The position numbers were made by a program, and so were the translations under genes. Under the pieces are notes generated by a model that saw only the letters and a list, made by a program, of their open reading frames with translations, made no database searches and was not told the DNA's origin. A stretch of 64,000 nucleotides of DNA, taken from the NCBI GenBank assembly GCA_033442325.1, contig JAWQFM010000017.1:1140036-1204035 (forward strand). Reading direction: 5' to 3'. Origin of the DNA: Salpingoeca rosetta. Taxonomy: Eukaryota > Protista > Choanoflagellata. Shown piece after piece: positions 35,348 to 56,764 of the stretch; the first letter of the stretch is position 1, and the number at the start of each line of letters is the position of its first letter.

Positions 35348-35559
35348 TGCGTCACTCTGCAACTCAACACCCTTCTCCCCTCCGCGCCACAACCACTGCC
35401 GCGACCACCATCGTGCCGTTGCAGTCGCTGTTGTATGGACTGCAGAATCTGCCCACGTCGACGTGGGGCTTTGATGAGATTGAGTTGGTGTTGGCTGAGG
35501 CGTTCACGCTCCAGTCTGTCTTTGACGACTCAAGGGCTCACCTCACCGCCAAACAATGA
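31428..35559 (+). CDS. TBC1D22: Rab GTPase-activating protein, TBC1D22/Gyp1 family
   Basis: Multi-exon gene. N-terminal GFWKKR and [15 protein letters not shown] motifs: SWSGVP...[81 protein letters not shown]. Confidence 0.93.
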
Positions 35560-35662
35560 CACTTTCATGGTGGTGGCGTGAAGTTGCGTTTGAGAACAGG
35601 AGAGAGATGGGTAGTGTTGGGTATTGTAGGGGTTGTTTGTGGTGTGTGTGTGTGTGTGTGTG

Positions 35663-35726
<64 letters not shown>

Positions 35727-36557
35727 GTGTGTGTGTGTGCGTGTGTGTGTGTGATTGATGTGTGTATTGCGCTCTTGTTGCCTGCTATGCATGTGCTCAT
35801 GATGTGCATTTCTTTTTCAACGTGAACCACTGTCAGCACCACTGAATAAACGAAACCAATGACACGACCAGACAGCAGCCAAGAAGCGGGCGAGCAAGGG
35901 AGACGTGGGTGGACACATGTGGCTTGGATGGCATGGAGGTGGCGATTGTCGTAAATGCAAGTCGATCATGTTTCTGCAGCTGCAGTCGTGTGGGTGGTGC
36001 GGTTGTGGTCGTGTGGCTACAGGCTGTGATCATGTAGACGCGTGTGGGAGCACGAAGAGTCGTGCATCGGCGTCCCAGTGGAACGGGAGACTGTGCTCAG
36101 GGCCACTGCAGACGGAAGCCGGTGTTGATGATGGTGAAGGGAGGTGGAAGGAGATGTATTGTCAAGGCACTCGCAGTGATGCAAGGTTGCAACAACAGCT
36201 ATTGTAACATGTAACAAGCTGCAACCTGTAGGAAGCGACAACCAAACAACCAAACAACCAAACAACCAAACAACCAACCAACTAAACAACCAAACAACTA
36301 AACAACCAAACAACCAAGCAACCGAAAGCAAACTGACTTGTAGATTGCTTTGCACCACTGGCTCGGTTGGTCCTTGCGAATGCTGTCCTGCAACTCAGCG
36401 ACCAAGTCAAGACACATCTGCAGCCACAAAGACAGAGAGATGGAAATGAGTGCGCACGTCAGAGGTAACGAAACATGAATGATGGAATATGGACAGCGTG
36501 AGCACTTGCCAAAAGCAAACACAACAAATGAGACAGACCTTCATCGAAGGAACGTAA

Positions 36558-36636
<79 letters not shown>

Positions 36637-37553
36637 NNNNNNNNNNNNNNNNNNNNNNNNNNNNNNNNNNNNNNNNNNNNNNNNNNNNNNNNNNNNNNNN
36701 NNNNNNNNNNNNNNNNNNNNNNNNNNNNNNNNNNNNNNNNNNNNNNNNNNNNNNNNNNNNNNNNNNNNNNNNNNNNNNNNNNNNNNNNNNNNNNNNNNNN
36801 NNNNNNNNNNNNNNNNNNNNNNNNNNNNNNNNNNNNNNNNNNNNNNNNNNNNNNNNNNNNNNNNNNNNNNNNNNNNNNNNNNNNNNNNNNNNNNNNNNNN
36901 NNNNNNNNNNNNNNNNNNNNNNNNNNNNNNNNNNNNNNNNNNNNNNNNNNNNNNNNNNNNNNNNNNNNNNNNNNNNNNNNNNNNNNNNNNNNNNNNNNNN
37001 NNNNNNNNNNNNNNNNNNNNNNNNNNNNNNNNNNNNNNNNNNNNNNNNNNNNNNNNNNNNNNNNNNNNNNNNNNNNNNNNNNNNNNNNNNNNNNNNNNNN
37101 NNNNNNNNNNNNNNNNNNNNNNNNNNNNNNNNNNNNNNNNNNNNNNNNNNNNNNNNNNNNNNNNNNNNNNNNNNNNNNNNNNNNNNNNNNNNNNNNNNNN
37201 NNNNNNNNNNNNNNNNNNNNNNNNNNNNNNNNNNNNNNNNNNNNNNNNNNNNNNNNNNNNNNNNNNNNNNNNNNNNNNNNNNNNNNNNNNNNNNNNNNNN
37301 NNNNNNNNNNNNNNNNNNNNNNNNNNNNNNNNNNNNNNNNNNNNNNNNNNNNNNNNNNNNNNNNNNNNNNNNNNNNNNNNNNNNNNNNNNNNNNNNNNNN
37401 NNNNNNNNNNNNNNNNNNNNNNNNNNNNNNNNNNNNNNNNNNNNNNNNNNNNNNNNNNNNNNNNNNNNNNNNNNNNNNNNNNNNNNNNNNNNNNNNNNNN
37501 NNNNNNNNNNNNNNNNNNNNNNNNNNNNNNNNNNNNNNNNNNNNNNNNNNNNN
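36637..37553. other. Assembly gap (~917 N)
   Basis: Run of N flanked by CA repeats; probably hides THOC5 3' exon(s). Confidence 1.
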
Positions 37554-37559
37554 AACAAC

Positions 37560-37626
<67 letters not shown>

Positions 37627-37753
37627 TGTCGCTTCAAGCCCCACCCTTCACTGTCGACCACCGCCCTCAACCAATTCTCTCACCACCACCACCACCACCA
37701 CCACCACCACCAATACCACTAATGCCACCAATGCCATGGGCGTGTTTTGCGAC

Positions 37754-37980
37754 CTGCGTCTGTGAGTCCCGCGATGTCCTGGACGGCGGGCACGATGGTG
37801 CCGGTCAGGCGAGGGCGGTAATCCTCCACGCTGACGAATGGGGGAGAGGTGGAGGGAAGGTGGATGAGATAGTGAGATGGTGAGTGGCGTCTTGGATCAC
37901 AACAAGGCGAGTACACGCGCCAACACACACACACACACATACAGACGCACATAGATACATACAGACACACATACACGCAC

Positions 37981-38053
<73 letters not shown>

Positions 38054-39173
38054 GACAAGCAGACAGACGCACCCGAGTCTGTCGAGCATGAACATGACGG
38101 GCGGTGGTGGCGATGCCGGCGACGATGGAGACGAAGGGGTCTTGCCGCTGTCTGCCGGAGCAACGTGCTGCAGCACAGGCACTGGCGATGATGGCGGTGG
38201 TGGTGAGGAATGGATGGATAGACGTGGCCGGTGTGCGGTGTGCGATGGGATGTTGGTCAATCGCAAACAGCAACACACACACACACACATGCACATATAC
38301 ACATGTACACAGACACATACATACACACACACACACATACACACATGCACCCAGACGCATACACACACATGTACACAGACACATACACACGTTCGCCCAC
38401 ACGAACGTACGCTGTGTCTTTGGGCTCTGCTCCGTGGTGGTGACGATGTGGAGGAGCGGGTAATGGCGGAACACGAGACGAAGCGATTTCGCTGGTGGTG
38501 GGGATGAAGGCAGCGGTGGATACGAAAAGGTGGAGAGAGGACAGAGGAGCCGCGGTGAGGCACAAGTGGTCACGAAGCGAGCCTGTTCCATACAACGTAC
38601 AGACATACGCATACACACACATACACACGCATACACACATACGCACATATACACACATACACACATACACACATACACACACGCGCACCTGCATCTGGCG
38701 TTGACTTGAGCTCGAGGGAGAGCGGGTGCGGCGTGAACAGCAGCTGGTGGAGGTTGGCTGGCGCCGTCTGGTGGCGATGGTGATGACATGAAGGTGATGA
38801 CATGTTGTGGGTGGTTGCAAAACGCGCATACGCAAGTCAACACGTATGCATGAACATGCGTGCACGTGCACGTACACACACGCGCGCGAACACATATGCA
38901 CGTACACACACACACACGTCTTCACACACATACACGACAACATGCTCACCGCTGTCTTTGACTGTCCAGTTTGGCTCTTGTGTGCATCCTTGCTTCGCTT
39001 GCCACCTTCCTCCTCGTCTTCATCATCCTCATCTCTTTCATCTTCGACGTCGTCGTTGTCGCCCTGCTCCTTGCGCGCCAATGCGTACATGTATGTTTCG
39101 CACGCGTCCACCTCTGCCTCGAACTTATCCACCGCAGCGGCGTCGCCGGCGATGTGAACACTCCATGATCGCG

Positions 39174-39263
<90 letters not shown>

Positions 39264-40963
39264 TGAAGAGAATGGGCGTGGATGAGACTTGGTGTGAGGT
39301 GAAGGCGCACGTGCAAGTCGGTGGCACAAGATCACAGACACACACACATAAGCACAAGATCGCACGTATACACAGACACACACACAAGCACACACACAAG
39401 CACAAGCACAAGCACAAGCACAAGCACAAGCACAAGATCGCACGCACGTATACACACACATACAAGCACAAGATCGCATGTATACACACACACACACACA
39501 CTTACCTTCGTATGCGATGTTGTAGCCTGCGACAGTCATGAGCAAAGCGTGGAGCGGGGCAGGTAGGCGATCAGCCAGTGGGTGGGACGCCCTGAACTTG
39601 GCCAACAGCTCATCGTGGGGCATGCTGGCTGGGCCAAACACGTCTGAGCACTTGTTGCACGCGTCAAGCAGGTGCGTGACTGCATCTGGCGCGGCCTTGA
39701 TCATGGCGCGCTTCTTCTCGTTGATATTGGAGATGGCGGTCTTGCGGTACTGCCGCTCCTCAAGATCACTCCGCAGCCTTGAAGGGGATGAAAGGGTGAA
39801 GGGAAGAGGGGAGGGGGGAGTTGGTTGGTGTGGGTGAGAGGCGACGGTCAGGGAGGTGAATGGACAGTCAATGTATGAGTGGCAGTCAGGTAAAGCACGG
39901 TGACACAGAGACGCACAGAGTGTGTGTGGGGGGGGGGAGGGCAGTGACAGAGACACGCACGTAAACACATCACACGGACACACAGACACATAGACACACA
40001 CAGAGCACAGATGCACAGACACACACACACACACATAACACCTTGCGCGCTCCTCGGCCTCGAACTGGAGGCGGCCGAGCATCTCGTGGTGCTCGTCTTT
40101 GTCTTCGCCACTCGCTGCATCCGACGCAAGATATTCGTCCCGCGTGACAAGCTCCAGGTCCTCTGCTCGCGACCTGATGCACGCCACAGTGAGTGTGTCA
40201 GTTGATGGCGCGATGATGTGAGGAGTGGATGTTTGTGGAAGCGTGTTTGTGCACATGTGGAGGCGACCGCACGTGCACAACAACTCCGTGAACATGCCCG
40301 CAACATACCGGTAGCTTTGACAGGTCTTGATTTCGTTGAGCACGTGGAGGTGTTCGTACAACACGTTCTGCAGCTGCAGGTGCGTCGCCTCCATGCCTTG
40401 TTTGGCCTATGATCATACATACAGTGCCACATTGGTGTGCGTGCACGTGAGCCATTGGGTTAGTGGATGCAGAAAAACATGTTCATGTCACGCGAATGTA
40501 CGTTTCGCTCACACATATGCACACACAAAGCATACGTACACACGCACACATTCACGCGCGAATAAACGCACGCACACTCATACACATACATACATACAAA
40601 CGCACACGTACATACGCACACGTGCAAACGCACACACGCACACACCTGCTTGACGCGCTCTGTGGAATCGACGACACGCACAGCCAGTTGACGTGCAAGG
40701 ATCTTGATGGCGGTGACCTTGGCGGCAAACGTCTTCAAACGAGCGTTCAGCTCATCCGTGGTTGCGGTATCTTCTTCGTCGGCATTCGCCAAGGCAGCAG
40801 TCTTGATGGCCTCCAGGTCCTGCTTCACGGTGTCAACAAGCCCCGTAATGCCCTCCGCGCTCACTCTACCAGCAGCACTACCAGCACCACCACCACCACT
40901 GCCATTGTCAGTGGTCTTGGCCTTCTTGGCCACAGAAGCATCGCTTGCCTTGCGCTTGCCCAT
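37754..40963 (-). CDS. THOC5: THO complex subunit 5 (FMIP); 3' end runs into the assembly gap
   Basis: ATG at 40963 (MGKRKAS). Spliced exons give EATHLQLQNVLYEHLHVLNEIKTC, HHEMLGRLQFEAEERARL, LPAPLHALL, HPLSLEL, LVFRHYPLLHIVT, matching FimP/THOC5 motifs. The last visible exon ends at a GT donor at 37754. Confidence 0.85.
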
Positions 40964-41040
40964 CTTGTCGACACGACAGTCAAAAATATAGTGCACATAA
41001 ATGAGCGTGAGTGAGCCGGAGTGAGTGGAGGACACTTGTG

Positions 41041-41074
<34 letters not shown>

Positions 41075-41089
41075 ACACACACACACACA

Positions 41090-41161
<72 letters not shown>

Positions 41162-41227
41162 AGCCAACGGCACACACACACACACACACACACACACAGC
41201 ACACGTACATACATACACACGGACGGT

Positions 41228-49625
<8,398 letters not shown>

Positions 49626-49967
49626 TCCTGGTCTTGCGCGCCGAGTTTCTCTGGTGTTCCCTTCGCATTCGAATTGAACTGTTTGCTACATTGCCCTTTG
49701 TTACCACCACGACCATCCCCCGCCCCCATCTCTCTCCCTGCAGCTTGGTGCTGCTGTGCTGTTGTACCTCGCGTGTTCTCATTCGCATTTACAGGGTCCT
49801 TCCTCTTTCTGCAGATGTAAAGTAAACTACCAAAACAATGAATGAACGGCAAAGAGTCCAAAAGCTGATGGTCCTCCCAACACAAAACGCTTCCTCCATG
49901 CCCCACACCAAATAGCAGGCTCTCCCTTTCTCTCAACAAGCAAACACACACACACACACACACGCAC

Positions 49968-50167
<200 letters not shown>

Positions 50168-50236
50168 TGGCTCTCTCTTGTTCACGCACCCTGGCTCGCT
50201 CTCGATTATGCTCGCTGCTCAGCAATCCGCATGTCA

Positions 50237-53200
50237 TCAAGACTGCCCCTGCCGCGTGTAACCGCTAGCGGGCGCTGTGCTGTACGGTGCACCAGGCTGT
50301 TGTTGTTGTTGTAGCTGCTGCTGCTGCTGCTGTGGTTGTGTTTGTTGTTGTGGTTGCTGTTGCTGCATTGTCGGTGGGCCGCCGGGCTGTGTTTGCGGCA
50401 TGGGCCGTGATGTGGAGGACACACTCGCCGATCGCGACATGACGTGGGGCGACGATGAAGACGCGCCCATGGATGACGTGCGGGCACGCGCGGGGGAGCG
50501 TGTCTGCGCAGTCTGCAGCCACCGCTGTATCTCCGTCACCTAACGCCGACGCAACATCGCAAACCGCACGGGCAGGGACAAGGTGTAATGAGAATGGTGT
50601 TCGACAATCAAAAGGAAACACTCCACAGATACACACACACACACATCGACGCACACGCACACACACACACACACACATTCGCACATTGACGCACACGCAC
50701 ACACACACACACACATTCGCACATTGACACAAATGAACACATTCACACGTCCACACATCGGCACACGTCCACACATCGACACACCTCGACACTCCCATAC
50801 ACGCATACACAAACGTACACACAGGGTACATACCTTTGCTTCCTCCGACATGGTTTTGTCGTTGTACACGTTCACGACGTAGGTAAAGTTTGGATCAGCG
50901 CTGTAGTGTTGCCGTACATATGCCAGCAGCGAGGCAGAGTTGTACTGCACACCACTACCACCAGCACCAGCACCAGCAGTACCGGTTGGCCCCGCGGTAC
51001 TGCTCGTCGCGTATGCGCTCCCGGGTACAGCGTGCGTGCTCATTGACGTGCGGCGTGACATCTGTTTTGGCGTGTGCGCCTTGGACGAACCCGCCGACTG
51101 CGGTGCGTATGCATATGTGCCGGGCTGCTGCGGCTGCTGGGCGTATGCCCGGCCGGGGACTGTGGAGGTGGTGCTGCTGCCGTAGGGCAGGCTCGTTGGC
51201 ACCGTGGCCCCGCTGACACCGGCACCGACTGATGTGATCATGGTTGTTGGCACGGTCGACGCCATGCTTCCAGTCGCCCCTGCAGTGCCCATCATCGGCC
51301 TCACCCCACCGGGCCGTATTGTGCCTGTGCTGCTCGCCATGGGGCTGCCCATGTGCGGGTGTGGCGCCGTGGATGCTGTCGAATACACACTCGTTGATGC
51401 CGGCACACGCGACATGGGTGCCGTCGCATAGCGCGTGCCGGCCTGGTGCGGTGATGCCGTGCCAATACCCTGACCAGCAACAGCGGGGCGGGCATACTGC
51501 GGCGCTGGCTGACCCGCGCCAACCGTGCTGCGAGCACTCGGCATGTAGGCACCCGTGGTCGGCGCAGTTGTGCTGCCACCAGGGCCCGGCATGGCTGGCT
51601 GCGTCATCACCTGGGGTGACGACGACGGTGGGGCCTGACCCATTGCCCGTGACACGGGAACACCGCCACGCGGCTGTTGTTGTTGTTGTTGCTGCTGGTG
51701 CTGGTGCTGGTGCTGGCCAGACATTCCCGCCACACCACCGCGGGCACCCGCTGCTCCGGAGGTGTGGGTCAACGGTTGCTGCTGACGTGGGGCCGTACCA
51801 GCGCCACGCACGGGTGTGGTCTGCTGAGACGACGAGGAGGGACCACCCTGCACCATGCCGGTTGGCCCGCGAGGCACGTTGCCCACAGGCGCCGTGGTCG
51901 CGCCACCACGTGGCTGCTGCTGTTGTGGCTGCTGCTGCTGCTGCTGCTGCCCAACGGGCATCTGCCCTTGCACTCGCGATGCTGGCGCCTGTGAGTAGAT
52001 TTGCGCCTGTTGCTGGGGCATGCGCGCAGGCACATTGCGCAGCTGGCCCTGCTGGGTGTGCGCCGGCCCCTGAGACGGCATGTTGCGGGCTTGGGCCGGG
52101 TTGCTCGTCATGGGCATTGGCCGCTGCTGTTGCATTGTTGATGTCGGCACTTGTTGCGGGTGCTGTTGCAGAGGGCGGCCCTGCTGTTGTGCAACGCTGC
52201 CACCACCAGCTGCTCTCCCTACCGGCATGGCACGCGACTGCGCATATGCACCGCTGCCATTCGTGCCACCGGGCGCCTGGCCCTGAGGTCGGACGCCAGG
52301 TATGGAAGCGCGCTGGCCAGAGATGGCACCGTGGCGACCCGTGTTGACCCCAGCTTGCTGTTGTGGATGCTGTGTGTGCTGTGGGTGCTGCTGTGGCTGT
52401 TGTTGTGGCTGTAGCTGTTGATTTTGTACGCCCACCACTTGCTGCATTCCTGCCGGTGGTTGTCCTGGTCGCCCTTGCTGTTGCTGTTGCTGTTGTTGTT
52501 GTGACGGAACGCCCCGCAGCTGTTGTTGTTGTTGTTGTTGTTGTTGCTGCTGCTGTTGCTGTTGTTGATGTTGCTGCTGCATGGCCACCCGTCCCGGCAT
52601 GTTTTGCGCCTGGGCCTGCTTCATCGCCTGTATGTGCGCCTGGCGCCGCTGCATCAGGGCTGCAGATCGCGCCTTCAGGTAATCGTCGTTCAGCTTCTGC
52701 GTCAACTCCACCACAGACTCCGTGCCCACGCGTGCTTGGTCGAGAATGGCCTGCTGGGACTTCCGCGCCTCCTCAGAAGCGGCCGGAGGGGGTGGCGCTG
52801 GCGCGCGCGAGGAATGCGCCTTAACAATGGCCGTGAACACGTTGCGGTGGAAGTCAATCACAGACTGCCGGTTGTCCTTCTCGTGCAGCTGCTGCGTCGT
52901 CAGCACCTGCAATTGCAGCAGTATGACGCCAAGTTGTGAGCCATAGCCCACCAAGCAGTCAGACAAGCAAGCACAGGAGCACAATTGCAAGTGCAGGAGC
53001 AAAAGTAAGCACGGGTGCTACAGCAAGCAAGCAAGGGTGCAATAAAAAACGACAATTCCACAACGAGAACACACACACACACACATACGCACGCGCACAC
53101 ACACATACGCGCGCGCACACACACGCACACACACGCACACACACACACTCTCTCTCTCTCGCTTGCTGTCTCTCTCGCTCTCTGTCACACACACACACAC

Positions 53201-54334
53201 GCACACACACACACACACAAGCGCGCATACGCACACACACACACACGTGCGCGCGCATACGCACACACGCACCGGCTGTCCCTTTGCTGGCTCTTCCTTC
53301 TTTGCCTTCTTCTTTGTCTTCTTCTTGCCATCGTCCTTCTTCTTAGAGGGCGGGCGCCCGTCCTCACGGTTCACCAGCACGTTGAAGTAGCGGTCACGGC
53401 ACTGCAGCCGCGTGCGCGGGCGCCCTGTAAACGACGTGCACACATTCATCGTGTCAGCAACCAGCTGCCAGTTGACAGTGCTGTTTGCGCACATGTGCCG
53501 GCGCACGGCTGCCAGCAGCGTCCAGTCCTCCTCCACAGTCCACGGCGCCGCTTCCCTGTTGGTGTCCACGTCCCGCTTATCCTTGGAGGCGCCCGAGGAC
53601 TTGACGGGCCGCTTCGGGTGCCGGTGCATCTTGATGCCATACCGCCCACCCTTGTCGTCGCGCCGCCGGAAGATGGACGCGGAGATGCCGCGCCCGTGGT
53701 GCAGCGCCTTCTCGCCAAGCTCGCGCGCACGCTTCTCCGAGATGTCCCGCACGCCCAGGTCCATCGTGCGCTGCCACATGAAGTTGGTGCCCTTGCGGCT
53801 CGCCCGACGCTGCAGGTCCTTGTACTTCTTGCGGAACCGCTTGCGCCGCTTGGTCAGGTCGGGCGCAGCGGGCACAAAGTGCATAAACGCCACGCGGTAT
53901 TGCGCCCAGTGCGCCGTCTCCACATGCGGGGCCATGGCCTCGCTGCTGCCGTGCGCCGGCGGCTGCGGTGGGCCGTACAGCGGGCTGGCGGCCTCCTCAG
54001 ACTGCGCCGTCGCCTCCATGTACGCCCGCAGCGCCTCCTGCATCTTCTCCTCGCTGTAGAAGAGTTCCTCCTCCTCTTCCGTCGACAGGCCATCGTCGTT
54101 GCCTGCACGCATCCTATTCTCCAAGTTGCACAGCGCGCGATGCTTCTCGTCCATGGCGCGGCGGGCATCGGCCAGCTTGCGCTCGTGCTGCGACGACAGG
54201 TACCGCTCCAGCACGTTGAGGGCGTGGTGCTCCACCCCACGCAGCCGCTTCATCTGCTCCTCCAGCAGCTTGGCCGGGTCAATCTCTTCCTCGTCCGTCT
54301 CCACATCGCTCCGCGCCGCGCCACCCGCACGCCC

Positions 54335-54365
<31 letters not shown>

Positions 54366-56698
54366 TCATGCTCTGGGGACGTAAACGCGGCGCCCGCCTC
54401 TTGCTCTGCCATGTCACCCTCGGCAGTTTGTTGTGTGGGCGCGCTTGCTTTGGCGCGCTTGCTGCCTCGCGTTGGTGTGGCTGCTGCCGACGATGTCGCT
54501 GCTGCTGCTGCCGCTGCCGCTGCGGGGTGTTTGCGCTTTGGCGTGTCGCTGGTTGAGCCGACGGGCGTACCGTCCTCGTCAAACTCGGCCAGCTCCTGCG
54601 ACAACTCCTGCCGCGCCGTCTGCAACGCCTGGCGATCTGTCTCGTCCTCCGCCGCCAATAGCGCCTGCTCGAAACCTTCCTCGCCCTCACCAGCCGTGGC
54701 AGCGCCATCGTCAGTCGCAGCACCAGCCTCTGCTGTTGTTGCTGCCTTAGCCTTCTTGTCCTCGCCTGTGACGGGGCCAAGGTCCTCCACGTTGGAGTCG
54801 CCCTCAAACAGCTCCATCAGCTTGACGCTCTTCAGGCCCTCTGTCGTGAACGCACCGCCCTCAATGGCAATGTCGCCAAGCTGCCGCTTCTGCTGCGCCT
54901 TCTTGAGAATGTTCTCCTCCACCGTCTTGGCGCACACCAGCCTGTAGATGTGCACGTCCCTTGTCTGGCCCAGGCGGTGGGCGCGGTCCTGCGCCTGCGC
55001 GTCCATGGTCGGGTTCCAGTCGCTGTCGTAAAACACGACCGTGTCTGCGCCCGTGAGGTTGACGCCAAGCCCGCCAGAGCGCGTGGAGAGGATGAAGCAG
55101 AAGAGGCGCGAGTCTCGGTTGAACCTCTCCGTCATCTGCTGCCGCCGCACCACGGGGGTGGACCCGTCCAGCCGCAGATACGTAAACGCGTGGAACGCAA
55201 GAAACTGCTCCAGGATGTCCAGCATCTTGGCCATCTGCGTGAAGATGAGCACACGGTGGCCGCCAGCCTTCTTCTCCCTGAGCAGCTTCTCCAGCACCTG
55301 CAGTTTCGAGCAGTGGTACTGAATCAGCGCCCTGTCCGGCAGCACGAGCGCGCGGTCCTCCTCTGCTGCGTCCCGCACAAGCGCTTGGAAAGTGGTGGTG
55401 GGGCGAGCGGCCCGGTTGCGCAGGGGCTGCGACCACATGCACTTCTGCACGGCGCGCACGCCGCCGACGGTGGTGGGGGCGACATCAAGCGCCGGGCAGC
55501 GGGCAGGCTCCACGGCCATGGAGAATCGCCGCACAACAGCAGCCAGCCCTGCTCGCCGATCAGCCACACTCTGCACAAGCGGCAAAATGTCCGGGTCCGC
55601 GGCATTGTTGCTGGTGTTGTTGGGGGTGTCAGTGGTAGCGGTGTTGTCACTGCTGGTGGTGGTTGTGGTGGTTGCGGTTGGAGGGGCGAGGTACGAGCTG
55701 AGCGCCGTGGTTGAGATGGAGGCGACCGGGCGAGGCGGCATGGTCACGGCCGAGCGCAGGGCGTCACCGTACACGGCACTGCGGTCGCACATGAGCGTGT
55801 TGATGTGCGCGCGGTGGTTGAGCAGGGCGCGCTGCTGCTTGCGCCGGCGCATGAGCAAATCCAGGTAGTTTTCGCCGCCGCTGTTCTTCTCCTCCTCTGT
55901 CGGTGGCTCGCGCTCAATCTCAAACCCAACCGGGAGCCCGAGCGAGCGAATGGCGTCTGCGTCCGCGTGCAGGGACACGTCGCCGCGCAGTTCGCAGTGC
56001 AGCAGCGCCAGTCCAAACAGGTCCAAGTTGACGCGTGCCGGGTTCGGGGCGGCAGCAAACCAGTCGCGGTCGTCAAGGGCACCGATGACGAGGGAAGGCA
56101 CCTCATACCGCAGAGGCCGCAGCACAAGCGGACTGACCACACGCGGCTCCGCAAACAGATTCGGGTGGTTGCACACCTTGCGCAGCTGCATCAGAATGTT
56201 GATCACACTCAGATAGTTGCCTGCATGCGCACGTGGATGTGTGTGTGTGTGCGTGAGTGAGTGAAGCAGAGTGAGTGAGTGAGGCAGCGAGTCAGTGGTG
56301 AGTGAGTGAGGCAGTGAGTGAGTGAGTGAGGGGCAGCAGCGTGTCAACAACGCAGTTGATATGTAGAATTCAAAATGGAGCGCTAACACGGACGTGCAAC
56401 GTCAGAAAACATACCTGCTGCGATGGTTTCCTTTGTCTTTGTGCGGGACATAAACTCGTCATAGAGCTCACGCTGCCGCCGCGAGAGGTCGCACGTGATC
56501 ACATGCTCGTACTTCTTCGGCATCTGCACACATGTACACACATGTGCACACATGTGCGAGTGGAGGGAGAGGGGAAGGTGGTGAGGCACTCGTTGAGGCA
56601 GGGACGGGTGCCAAGGTGGAAGCACTCAACCCGAACACATGGGTCGATGAAGTGCACTCCAAACACACAACGCACAACACAGTCACACGAACGAAACA

Positions 56699-56764
<66 letters not shown>

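Noticed and set aside
36160-36420. Possible terminal THOC5 exons beyond the gap (MCLDLVAELQDSIRKDQPSQWCKAIY...)
   Set aside because: Plausible splice sites, but no recognisable homology and continuity is hidden by the N-gap; not annotated.
36407-37765. ~400-aa ORFs spanning the N-run
   Set aside because: Artefacts of translating an assembly gap.
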